Positions 10,843 to 20,600 of a stretch of DNA of 64,000 bases are shown here, piece by piece; position 1 is the stretch's first letter, and each line of letters begins with the position of its first letter. Source of the DNA: Azolla caroliniana (Eukaryota > Plantae > Polypodiophyta); NCBI GenBank assembly GCA_043228905.1, contig JBHGNT010000014.1, positions 12,834,001 to 12,898,000 of the forward strand, read 5' to 3'. A program made the position numbers and the translations under genes. A model generated the notes under the pieces. The model was not told the origin of the DNA, did not search any database, and saw only the letters and a program-made list of their open reading frames with translations.

Positions 10843-12882
10843 ATGGAGGCTCAACAAGCTAACAATATGATGGCGATGTTCGAACGGATGCTTCAAGAAC
10901 AACGCACGATGTCGGAGATTTCGGCATCAGTAGAGCGGCTCGTGCAACGCAACGGGCAATTTAATGGTAAGGATGTGTCGCGATATTTGCAGGACTACAA
11001 GGCGGAGATGCTCCGGTGCCGGGCTTCGGAAGGACTGCAAGTGACATCCTTTAACCGAGTGGCGACCGACGGGCTTCAAGGGAGTATCCACGGGTTGCAA
11101 CAACAAAATCCGACGTGGGAAGCATTCGAAGAGGCGTTAAAGACCACGTTTGCCATCGAGGACTCCTCCAAGGCAACGCGGAGGGGATTCGAGGATTGGG
11201 TGGAAACGTCAGGTAAGGGGCTGAAGGTCCTCGAAGTGTTTTCGGCATTCGAAAGTCGGTTCGGGAGGTTGTCCGCGAGAGATCAAACTATTCTTGCACC
11301 GGACAAAGTCATCATGTTTTTGCGAGCTGTGGACGTCCGGGACCGGAAAGATCTCGGAGTGCTTCTTGAGGACACGACCACCGAAAGCGGCCTCACCGAA
11401 ACATGGGAAAGCGTGCGGGATATCGTCGCACGGTACACGAAGAGGGGGCAATGGCTTGCCAACGAAGAAAAGAGGGTTTCGGAACCGATTCCGAAACCGA
11501 GAACGGGACTGGAAGACCATCAACCGAGGGCTCGGGAGATTACGGCCGAGAAGGGAGTCGACGCGTCTACGGTGGAGCAGCTGCTGAAGGAGATGGAGAA
11601 TCTAAAGATCGCGATGGTGAAGAAGTCGGATGACCGCCCCACAAGCTCCAAATATACGGATCGACGGTGCATATGGTGCGATAGCGCCGAACACGATCGG
11701 AGGGATTGCGACGACCATAAGGAGGCGCTACGACGGGATCTCATCTACTACGAGGGAAACCGGATTCATTCGATGGACTCTCGGAAGCCACTCCGACCGA
11801 ACTTCCGGAAAGGCGGCATGAAGAAGGTGCTCGAGGAGGAGTTAGCGGCAAGAAGCAACTATGCGACAACCGCGGGAATATGTGTCGGGGAGTCAACGGG
11901 AGCGAAGGCGTCTTTCTGGCCGGAGGTGCTAGGAAACACCGAGAAAACCGACTCCAACGATATCCGAAACACCGCGGAAGGCGTCCGGGAAGCTACGGGA
12001 TGGGAGTGCCCTGTCGACAAGAATAGCATATACGCCCTGTGTCAATTACATGAGGTGTATGTGGACGAGAAACGACGGCGCACGGAGGATGCGGCCGGAC
12101 CATCGAAGATACCGGAAAGCTGGAACTCCGGAGGTAAGGGAAAAGAAAAGGCGACTCCGGCATTCAAGCTCGCCTCGGACATAGAACAACAAACCGACTT
12201 GAAAAGAGTGTTCGAGGAAAGAATCTTGGATAGCCGGGTAGATTTTTCGCTGCGGGAACTACTCGGAATAGCGAAGAAGGAGTTTCACGATCTTCTCGTG
12301 GATCTCGTAAAAAGGAAGAGACAAAGTACGGAGGAAAATGCTCCAAGGGTGAATGCAAATACCGTTTCAATGAACGACACCGAAGTGGAAGGCGAAATTC
12401 CGAACTCCCACTATACAAGGCCACACTGGGCACGTGCGACTACGGAGACTCCGGTCCGAATCGGCAACATCAAAGAACCCGTGCTAGCATTGATTGATCA
12501 CGGATCGGAGATCAACTTGATGTCCAAGGAGTTCTACCGAAAGGGGAAGTGGCCTATAAACACCAACCATGGATGGAAGATTCGGGCAGCCACGAAAACG
12601 ACAGAAGACCTATTTGCGGCTTGTCCGGATGTGACGGTAAAGATCGGGGATGTCGAAATTGACCAAAATTTCTTTGTGCAGGATGAGGTTTCACATTCTG
12701 TCATCCTCGGCCAACCCTTTATCACGGCTTCACGGATGGAGACGAAGGTGCTCGATAGTGGTGCGGCTTTTGCGCGAATTCGGAGCCAAAACGGAGGGAA
12801 ATCCGTCCAATTCTTAACGGTGCCGGCAAATCACGAAAGGAACAAGAGGGAACTCTTGTCCCAAGTGAGAATGGATTTTTAA
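10843..12882 (+). CDS. gag: Gag-protease polyprotein of element A
   Basis: First ATG after PBS; CCHC knuckle CIWCDSAEHDRRDC; aspartic protease-like ALIDHGSEINLM...ILGQPF. Confidence 0.92.
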   Translation: MEAQQANNMMAMFERMLQEQRTMSEISASVERLVQRNGQFNGKDVSRYLQDYKAEMLRCRASEGLQVTSFNRVATDGLQGSIHGLQQQNPTWEAFEEALKTTFAIEDSSKATRRGFEDWVETSGKGLKVLEVFSAFESRFGRLSARDQTILAPDKVIMFLRAVDVRDRKDLGVLLEDTTTESGLTETWESVRDIVARYTKRGQWLANEEKRVSEPIPKPRTGLEDHQPRAREITAEKGVDASTVEQLLKEMENLKIAMVKKSDDRPTSSKYTDRRCIWCDSAEHDRRDCDDHKEALRRDLIYYEGNRIHSMDSRKPLRPNFRKGGMKKVLEEELAARSNYATTAGICVGESTGAKASFWPEVLGNTEKTDSNDIRNTAEGVREATGWECPVDKNSIYALCQLHEVYVDEKRRRTEDAAGPSKIPESWNSGGKGKEKATPAFKLASDIEQQTDLKRVFEERILDSRVDFSLRELLGIAKKEFHDLLVDLVKRKRQSTEENAPRVNANTVSMNDTEVEGEIPNSHYTRPHWARATTETPVRIGNIKEPVLALIDHGSEINLMSKEFYRKGKWPINTNHGWKIRAATKTTEDLFAACPDVTVKIGDVEIDQNFFVQDEVSHSVILGQPFITASRMETKVLDSGAAFARIRSQNGGKSVQFLTVPANHERNKRELLSQVRMDF

Positions 12883-12936
12883 AGCGGACTGTTGCGGAGT
12901 GGGGAAGTGATAGTCCGAGAAGCCCTGATACCCCAC
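12873..12936 (+). other. Putative -1 ribosomal frameshift site G_GAT_TTT with downstream pseudoknot
   Basis: pol frame is -1 to gag and open back to the heptamer; stem 12885-12895/12907-12917; loop GTGGGG pairs with CCCCAC 12931-12936; conserved in B and D. Confidence 0.75.
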
Positions 12937-15900
12937 ACAGGAAGAAAAGTCTCGGAGCAAAACAAGTACGAATCGGCCCGGATGGGGCATCTACGTACAC
13001 GGCCGTAACCGGAGGAATGAAGAAACAATACCGACAAGTGGAGGATAAGTTACGGTCGGCATCAATAATAAAAGAAGACGAAGAAATCGTGGGAGTGATC
13101 GAGGAAGTGTTCTATGGGAATACACTACAACGGCTTGAAGAGCTTGCGGAAGATAAAAGCCAAGGGAACCGGGTAGTCCCGGTGGAATCGGTCGAGATGT
13201 ACGAGATCGTTGCGAAAATGGGGCCGGGTGCGCTCCGCAAAGAAGAAGCAATGGTAAGTATGAAATACAAGACCGTGGAGAAGAAGGTGAAACCGGCCGC
13301 GGGACCACTACCCGCCGATAGCGAACAAAAGAAGAAAGAAGTCTCGGGAGATCCGACACTTCGGAAGTCCGTGGATATCGGACATGCCTTCACAGATGAG
13401 ACCCGGAAGAAACTTCGGATCGGTGGAGGTGGGTTCCTCTTACAAGAAGAAGAAAAACGGTTTCGAGAGATGTTGGAGCAACATGGCAAAGCATTCGCGT
13501 TCACATCGAGGGAGATCGGATGCATTGATCCAAAGATAGTGGAGCCGATGGTGATTTTCACGATTGATCATGTACCGTGGAACCTGAAGCCGATTCCGGT
13601 GCCACGGGCGCATATTCCGAAAGTCATCGACTTGCTCAAGGAGAAGGTGGCGATGGGGATTCTAGAGCCATCAAGTGCTCCGTACTCAAATCGATGGTTT
13701 ACGGTTCCGAAGAAGAATGGGTCACTCCGATTCATCCAAGACTTGCAACCGGTGAACAAGGTCACGATCCGGAACTCGGGAGTCGGTCCGATAGTGGACG
13801 AATTCGCGGAAGCTTTTGCCGGACGTGCGATATACTCCATCGGGGACCTATACTCGGGGTATGACCAATTCCAACTAGCCGTGGAGAGCCGAGACATCAC
13901 TACCATGCGGACACCGATAGGACTAGTTCGAATGTGCACACTACCACAAGGAGCGACAAACTCGGTTGCACATATGATGAACGCGATGAACAAGGTGCTT
14001 CGAGATTGCATCCCGGAGATAACGATGCCGTTTCTAGATGACATTCCGATGAAAGGATGCGCGGTGGAAGAAAAAGATGAGACTATGGATGATCGGGGAT
14101 GCCGAAAGTTCGTGGTCGACCATATTCATGATTGCGAGAAAGTGTTGCGAAAGCTAGAAGATGTGCACCTAACACTTTCCGGGGAGAAATCGGCATTCGG
14201 GCAAGAAGAAATATTGGTGGTCGGACATCTATGTGGACCCTACGGCCGAAGACCGTCACCAACAAAGATCGATGCGATTCAAGCTATGAAGGAAGTATGT
14301 GAGTCAACATCGGAAGTCCGAAGGTTTCTGGGTGCGTGTGCATTCTATCACATATGGATTCCGCACTATGCACATATAGCAGACCCGCTCTATCACTTGT
14401 TGCGGAAAGGTAAGAAATTCGAGTGGAAACCGGAACACACTAAAGCCATGAGGAAGCTCAAGAAGACACTATGGAGGGCGGAATCACTTAAGAAGCCAAG
14501 CTACGAGCGGCCAATCATAGTAACGGTTGATACAAGTCCAACCGGTATCGGGTGGGTCATCAATCAAGCCGACTCGGATGGTTCGCGGTATCCGATCCGA
14601 TTTGGAGCAAAGGTCCTCAACGAAAGGCAACGCGGATATGCACAAGTCAAAAGAGAATTGTGGGGAGTCGTGTCGGCGATAAAATCGGATCGGGATTATT
14701 TGATCGGAGCTGAAGTGGTGATCGAGACGGATTGTCTTCCGATACTCGGGATGATGCGGTGTTGTACGATACCGGATGTGGCTATGCTAAGGTGGATTGC
14801 ATATGTCAAGTCACTTAATCCGGAGGTTCGACACATCTCGGGGAAGGACAACGCGGTAGCGGACATGTTATCAAGGGCGCGGTTTGAAGACGACATAACC
14901 GAATCAGATAATGAAGAAGTTTCCGAAGACTACTTCACGTCAGAACACATATGCCGAGTGAACGTGATCCGAGAATTCCGGGAAGAAGAATACGAGGGGG
15001 AAACCTTGATGATCGGGAAGATGCTACAAGAGGTCGAGGATTCAACCAATGATAAAGAAAGGAGAGCCGAGATCCGAAGGAAGAAGAGGCAAGTCCAGAA
15101 GTTCTTCTTGGAAAACGGTTTAATATGGAGGACGCCGAAAAGACCGGATGGGATACCACTTCGAGTAGTCGGGACGAAAGAGCAACGAAACCGGATAATG
15201 TCCGAGTTCCACGAATCCGATTGGGCTGGACATCGAGGAACATGGGCAACTTTTGTGAAAATCAAGCAAAGATATTGGTGGAAGAACATGTATAAAGATG
15301 TCGCGGAGTTCACAGAAAGCTGCGAGAAATGTCAAGTCTACTCCGGGGTCCGACACCGAGATGAGCTGCATCCGACATTCTCACCGACAATCAACTTCAA
15401 GTGGATGGTCGACATTGTAGCTATGCCGACCGGGATTGGACAAAAGAAATACTTGGTGTTAGCTCGAGAAGATCTCACAAACCAAGTTGAAGGTCGAGCG
15501 CTTCGGAGGAAAACGTGTGCCGCGGTGTGCCAATTTCTTTTGGAAGAAGTGTTTTGTAGGTACGGCTGCGTAGGACAAGTGATTGCGGACCGGGGAGAAC
15601 TCGACTCGGACAAAGCTAGGGGATTCTTCGCCAAACATGGAGTTCGGTTAACGTTGACAACGGCCTACAATCCGGAGGCCAATGGGAAGATCGAACGAGG
15701 ACATAGTCCGATCGTGAAAGCACTTGCGAAGGCATGCGACGGAAGGGTGAAGGATTGGCCACAAATGCTTCCGTATGCACTATGGGCGGATCGGACGACG
15801 CATAGCTCCGTGACCGGTTACATGCCGGCAGAACTCATGACCGGACAAGCACCGGTAATGCCAACGGAAACCGCAATCGCGACATGGACAATACTACCGT

Positions 15901-16484
15901 GGAAGGAAGAGATGAGCCGGGAAGAACTACTAGCGGTCCGGATACGACAACTGGAGGGAAGACCGAAAGATGTAGCGGAAGCGTCACGCCGACAACAAGA
16001 AGCACGGTTCCGGAACAAAAGCCGGTTCGACACAAAGCACCGACTACGACCGAGGAGGATTGAAGAAGGAGATTGGGTGATCGTCTATGATAGTAGCTTG
16101 GACCATCAACATACAACGATGCGGAAATTCGCGAAAAGGTGGTTCGGGCCGTACGAGGTTCGGAAGGTCTTCAACAACGGGACGTACCGACTGTCCGAGT
16201 TGGATGGAACAATACTTCGAGTGCCTATAGCCGGGAAGCGGGTGAAGATTTTCAAGAAGCGGACCGACGACAAACCTTATGTGATCCAAGTCGAGGCCGA
16301 CAACGAGGAGCAATCGGACGAAGACCACAATGATGCGGGAAGCGAAGAAAGTGGATTACAACTCATAGTCGACATAAGGGGAGAATCGGAGGAAGCTTCG
16401 GATGAAGACGGATACGAAGAATCAAGAACTTCGGCACATACCGGAGGATGTGCGGGTTTGGAGGGGGCGAGTGTCGTAGTGTAG
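12873..16484 (+). CDS. pol: Pol: reverse transcriptase, RNase H, integrase (Ty3/gypsy order; GPY motif; no chromodomain)
   Basis: DLYSGYDQF, LPQGATNS, PFLDD, VTVDTSP, HHCC (H..GH..CEKC), D-D-E core, WFGPY; first ATG 13017; stop lies within 3' LTR. Confidence 0.95.
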   Translation, partial: GFLKRTVAEWGSDSPRSPDTPHRKKSLGAKQVRIGPDGASTYTAVTGGMKKQYRQVEDKLRSASIIKEDEEIVGVIEEVFYGNTLQRLEELAEDKSQGNRVVPVESVEMYEIVAKMGPGALRKEEAMVSMKYKTVEKKVKPAAGPLPADSEQKKKEVSGDPTLRKSVDIGHAFTDETRKKLRIGGGGFLLQEEEKRFREMLEQHGKAFAFTSREIGCIDPKIVEPMVIFTIDHVPWNLKPIPVPRAHIPKVIDLLKEKVAMGILEPSSAPYSNRWFTVPKKNGSLRFIQDLQPVNKVTIRNSGVGPIVDEFAEAFAGRAIYSIGDLYSGYDQFQLAVESRDITTMRTPIGLVRMCTLPQGATNSVAHMMNAMNKVLRDCIPEITMPFLDDIPMKGCAVEEKDETMDDRGCRKFVVDHIHDCEKVLRKLEDVHLTLSGEKSAFGQEEILVVGHLCGPYGRRPSPTKIDAIQAMKEVCESTSEVRRFLGACAFYHIWIPHYAHIADPLYHLLRKGKKFEWKPEHTKAMRKLKKTLWRAESLKKPSYERPIIVTVDTSPTGIGWVINQADSDGSRYPIRFGAKVLNERQRGYAQVKRELWGVVSAIKSDRDYLIGAEVVIETDCLPILGMMRCCTIPDVAMLRWIAYVKSLNPEVRHISGKDNAVADMLSRARFEDDITESDNEEVSEDYFTSEHICRVNVIREFREEEYEGETLMIGKMLQEVEDSTNDKERRAEIRRKKRQVQKFFLENGLIWRTPKRPDGIPLRVVGTKEQRNRIMSEFHESDWAGHRGTWATFVKIKQRYWWKNMYKDVAEFTESCEKCQVYSGVRHRDELHPTFSPTINFKWMVDIVAMPTGIGQKKYLVLAREDLTNQVEGRALRRKTCAAVCQFLLEEVFCRYGCVGQVIADRGELDSDKARGFFAKHGVRLTLTTAYNPEANGKIERGHSPIVKALAKACDGRVKDWPQMLPYALWADRTTHSSVTGYMPAELMTGQAPVMPTETAIATWTILPWKEEMSREELLAVRIRQLEGRPKDVAEASRRQQEARFRNKSRFDTKHRLRPRRIEEGDWVIVYDSSLDHQHTTMRKFAKRWFGPYEVRKVFNNGTYRLSELDGTILRVPIAGKRVKIFKKRTDDKPYVIQVEADNEEQSDEDHNDAGSEESGLQLIVDIRGESEEASDEDGYEESRTSAHTGGCAGLEGASVVV

Positions 16485-17259
16485 GTTGCACACTATGTGG
16501 AAATTATATTTTTGTCCCTCCGGATAGAGAATGGAGTGCTCGGTGAGAACCGGAAGAAAACGGCATACCGGCAAGGAGGAAAAACGGCATACCGGCAAGG
16601 AAGAGCCGGATAAAGAGACATAAATGTAAAAAAAAGGAAATACTCACTACTGCGCAAGGCGTGATTCGAACTCTGCACCTCCACGTTGACAAACCCCAAC
16701 CTTACCATTACATTAAATTATCTTAAGTGTTTTAAATATAGATTTAATATGTATAAGACCTTTATTTATGCATACCTTTATTAAAAGGTAAATCGTGTAT
16801 TTCTTTAATATATGAAAAAGAAAAAAAACACGAGACACTAAAAATAACTCATGCACATCTAGCGTGCATGAGCCCTATACTTAGGAAATAAATAAAAAAA
16901 AAGCATCACATGCACATTTAGTGTGCATGAACATATGAGAAAAAGCATGTAGCTATGCTTAGTCTCTCCCATCACTATATAAGGATGGGGAGCACATTGT
17001 AGTTGTTGTTGATTATTTGGATTAAGTATTAATCAATACAAAAATTATTCGTGGGATTCACGATTTATACATCTACTTCTCTCTTAACACCCTAAGTACC
17101 AATTAATATAGTATACTCGTGTGATTCACGAGTTTCTTATCTTTCTCTTCGCTATTTATTCATAATTAATCTCTATCTCACGAACTTCTTTCTCCTAGTC
17201 CAAGACCTCTGTGGTTCCCACCCGACTCACGCAACGATCCGGAGCCGAAAGGCACGACA
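16472..17259 (+). repeat. 3' LTR of element A
   Basis: Direct repeat of 10017-10804. Confidence 0.97.
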
Positions 17260-17263
17260 GCGT

Positions 17264-17677
17264 TGTTACGCGCATGCGTGGAGAACGAGGCGGGACCACG
17301 GGGGCCTTGGACCAAGAAATAACCGAATGAGAAGAGGGGAAGTAAACTACCAATGTACTCCGCACGCGCACAGACACACAGATTCACAGGAGTTGCAATT
17401 AACTCTGAACAATGGAGACAGAATGAATGTATGCATATATATAAATCAAGGGGGTTACAACCGGCAAGCCGACGAGTGATAGGCTCCGACGCCTGCACAC
17501 ACACACATAGAATGCGTGCTAATGAATGCGTGCTAATGAATGCGTGCTACCTAGGATTTCACCTCAGCCGACTTGTACCTATCTACGTACTATACAACAA
17601 AACTTGTGCCCACGTGTAAGGGCCGGTTTACGCACGTTATACCCGGTTTCTGCCTAGGGACGGTTTTCTCCACGACA
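17264..17677 (-). repeat. 3' LTR of element B (internally deleted; last 8 bp displaced to 10009-10016)
   Basis: Matches 25077-25736 except for a ~270-bp deletion near 17515. Confidence 0.9.
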
Positions 17678-17699
17678 TCCGCCCCCACCTAACCGCGCA

Positions 17700-20600
17700 T
17701 CCACTGGTATGCGCCAAAATTAGACTCTTGCCGGAGAAGACCGGCCCGTACGTATCGTTCGTCTTCCGGATCGACATCCGTTCCGAGCCGGTCGTTGTCG
17801 CTATCTAGGTCGTTCGGGTCCGGTTCAGCCTCGTGCCGCTTTTAGAATGCTTTGATCCTTTTCCCCGCCACCAGTACCGCCATCCTTGTCCCGTCGAGCT
17901 TCACGTGGTGGTAGGTCCCATTGTTGTTGGCACTTGCCACCACATAAGGCCCGAACCATCTTCTTGCAAACTTCCGCATTGCCCTATGTTGGTTGTCGAG
18001 GCTGCTGTCATAACTAGAACCCAGTCGCCTTCCTCGATCTTCTTCGGTCTCAGTCGGTGAGTCTGGTCGAACCGTCCTTTGTTCTTTACCCTCGCCACAT
18101 GTAGCTTTTCTGCGGCTCGGTCCACGTCCTCCGGTCTTCGCTCCAGCTGCCGAATTCGTGCTGCTAACAACTCCTCTTGGCTCATCTCGTCTTTCTAGTC
18201 CACCGTGGCCCATGAGGAGATTGCCTGCTCTGTTGGCATGATCGGCTTCTACTAGTACATTAGCTCTGCCGGCATGAACCCGGTTACCGAACTGTGTGTA
18301 GTTCGGTCCACCCACAACGCATAGGGTAAGAGCCGCGGCCAGTTCCCGACTTGGCCTCCACATGCCCGTACTAACGCTTTAACGATCGGCCCGTGTCCGC
18401 GTTCCACCTTCCCGTTAGCCTCCGGACTGTACGCTGTGGTGAGCGAGAGTTTAATCCCTAGCCGGTCAAACAACTCTTCTGCCTCTTGCGCGTCCAATTC
18501 TCCGTGGTCGGCCACGATATTACCTACGCACCCGTACCAGCATATCACTTCTTCGATCAGAAATCGGCACACGGCCACAGTCGTTTTGTTCTGTAACGCT
18601 CAACCTTCTAGCTGGTTTGCCAAGTCCTCCCGAGCTAGCACTAGATACCGCATCTGCCCTACCCCCATCGACATCGTCACCAGATCCACCATCCACTTGA
18701 AGTGGACAGTCGGAGGGTAGGTCGGGTGAAGCTCGTCCCGATGTCGGACTATGGAGTGCACCTGACAGCTTTCACAAGTCGTCACGAACCGATGCACGTC
18801 CCGGTATAGTCCCGGCCACCAGTACTTCCCCTTTAGCTTCTCGAATGTGGCCCACGTCCCGTGGTGCCTGGCCGAGTGACTCTCGTGGTATGCCGTCAGC
18901 AATTCTTCCTGTTCCTCTTTCTTTGCCACCACTTGGAGCGGGATGCCGTTTCTCTTCTTCGGGTGCTTCCATATGCTGTCGTCTCGTAGGAAGAATCAGT
19001 ATGCTTTCTTCCGAATCTGGTTGGTCTCTTCCTTCGCCCACGTTGCATCTGGTGTCATTGTCTTCAGGAACCTGCCGATTTGGAGCCACTCCCCGTCATA
19101 ATTTCTCTCGTCGAATTCATTAAGCGCCAGACTGCTCCCCTTTCTTGTTGTTACATAAGCCGCCTCGAAGAAGTCCACGCCGCCTTCCTCGTCCTCCGAA
19201 ACCATGTCATCCTCGTCATCGAACCTCGCTCTCGAAAGCATGTCCGCCATGGCATTGTCCTTTCCGGAAATGTGTCGTATTTGCAGATTCAGGGACTTGA
19301 TGTATGCTATCCACCTGAGCATTGCCAGGTTCGGCGTCGCGCATTTGAAAACCATACCGAGAATCGGTAGGCATTCCGTCTCGATTATCACCTCTGTCCC
19401 GATTAGGTAGTCTTTATCGGCCTTGACCGCCGAAACGATACCCCAAAGTTCGCGTTTAACCTGGGCGTATGCTCGTTGTCACTCACTAAGGATTTTCACG
19501 CCGAACCGGATGGGGAACCTTGCGCCGTCGTCATCCTCTTGGTTGATCACCCATCCGATCCCGGTCAGACTCGTGTCTACGGTCACGTAAATCAGAGTGT
19601 CTTTGCCGTAGACAACCTTTTGGAGCGCCGGTGCCGCGGCAAGTGCTTCTTTTATCTTCCGGACCGACTCCGTATGCTCGTCTCTCCACTCGAATTTACG
19701 CCCTTTCTTCAGCAACCCATAGAGCGGCTCCGCAACGTGGCCGTAATGTGGGATCTAGATATGGTAGAACGCACATGCCCCCAGGAATCTCCGAACCTCC
19801 GTAACCGAATTGCTGTCTTGCTTCATCGCGGAGATGGCCTCTACCTTCACCGGGGACGACTTCCGGCCATAAGGCCCGCATAGGTGTCCGACTACCAGGA
19901 TCTCCGACTATCCGAAGGCTGATTTTTCTCCGGAAAAGGTGAGTCGCGCGCTCTCGAGTCTTTGTAGCACCTTCTCGCAATCGCGGATGTGATCTGTCAT
20001 GAACCTCCGGCAACCGTCGGGCCCGACTGACTCGTCCTTGTCCTCCACCGGACATCCTTTGATCAGGATGTCGTCTAAGAATGGCATGGTGATGCTCGGG
20101 ATACAATCCCTCAACACTTTGTTCATTGCATTCACCATGTGGGCTACCAAGTTCGTCTCTCCCTGCGGGAGGGTACACATCCGCACTAGGCCGAGAGGAG
20201 TCCGCATCGTCGTAATGTCCCTGCTCTCCACGGCTAGTTGGAACTAATCGTACCCCGAGTACAGATCACCGACTGAGTAAATCGACCTTTCGGCGAAGGC
20301 ATCCACGAACTCGTCTATGGTTGGTCCGATTCCTGCGTTCCGAATGGTCACCTTGTTGACCGACTGCAGGTCTTGAATAAAGCGCAACGTGCCGTTCTTC
20401 TTTGTCACGGTAAACCACCGATTCAAGTATGGGGCACTCGACGATTCAAGGATGCCCGTCTCCACCTTCTGTTTCAGCAACTCCATCAACTTCGGGATGT
20501 GAGCTCTGGGTACCGGAATCGGTTTGAGATTCCACGGCACATGCGATACCATGAAGATCATCATTGGTTCCACAACTGTCGGGTCTACGCACCCGATCTC

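Larger units (their letters stand above)
10017..17259 (+). mobile_element. Element A: young, apparently intact tRNA-Trp-primed Ty3/gypsy
   Basis: 788-bp LTRs 10017-10804 and 16472-17259 (one mismatch noticed), PBS 10809-10825, PPT GGAGGGGGCGAG, two uninterrupted ORFs, 4-bp TSD GCGT. Confidence 0.97.
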
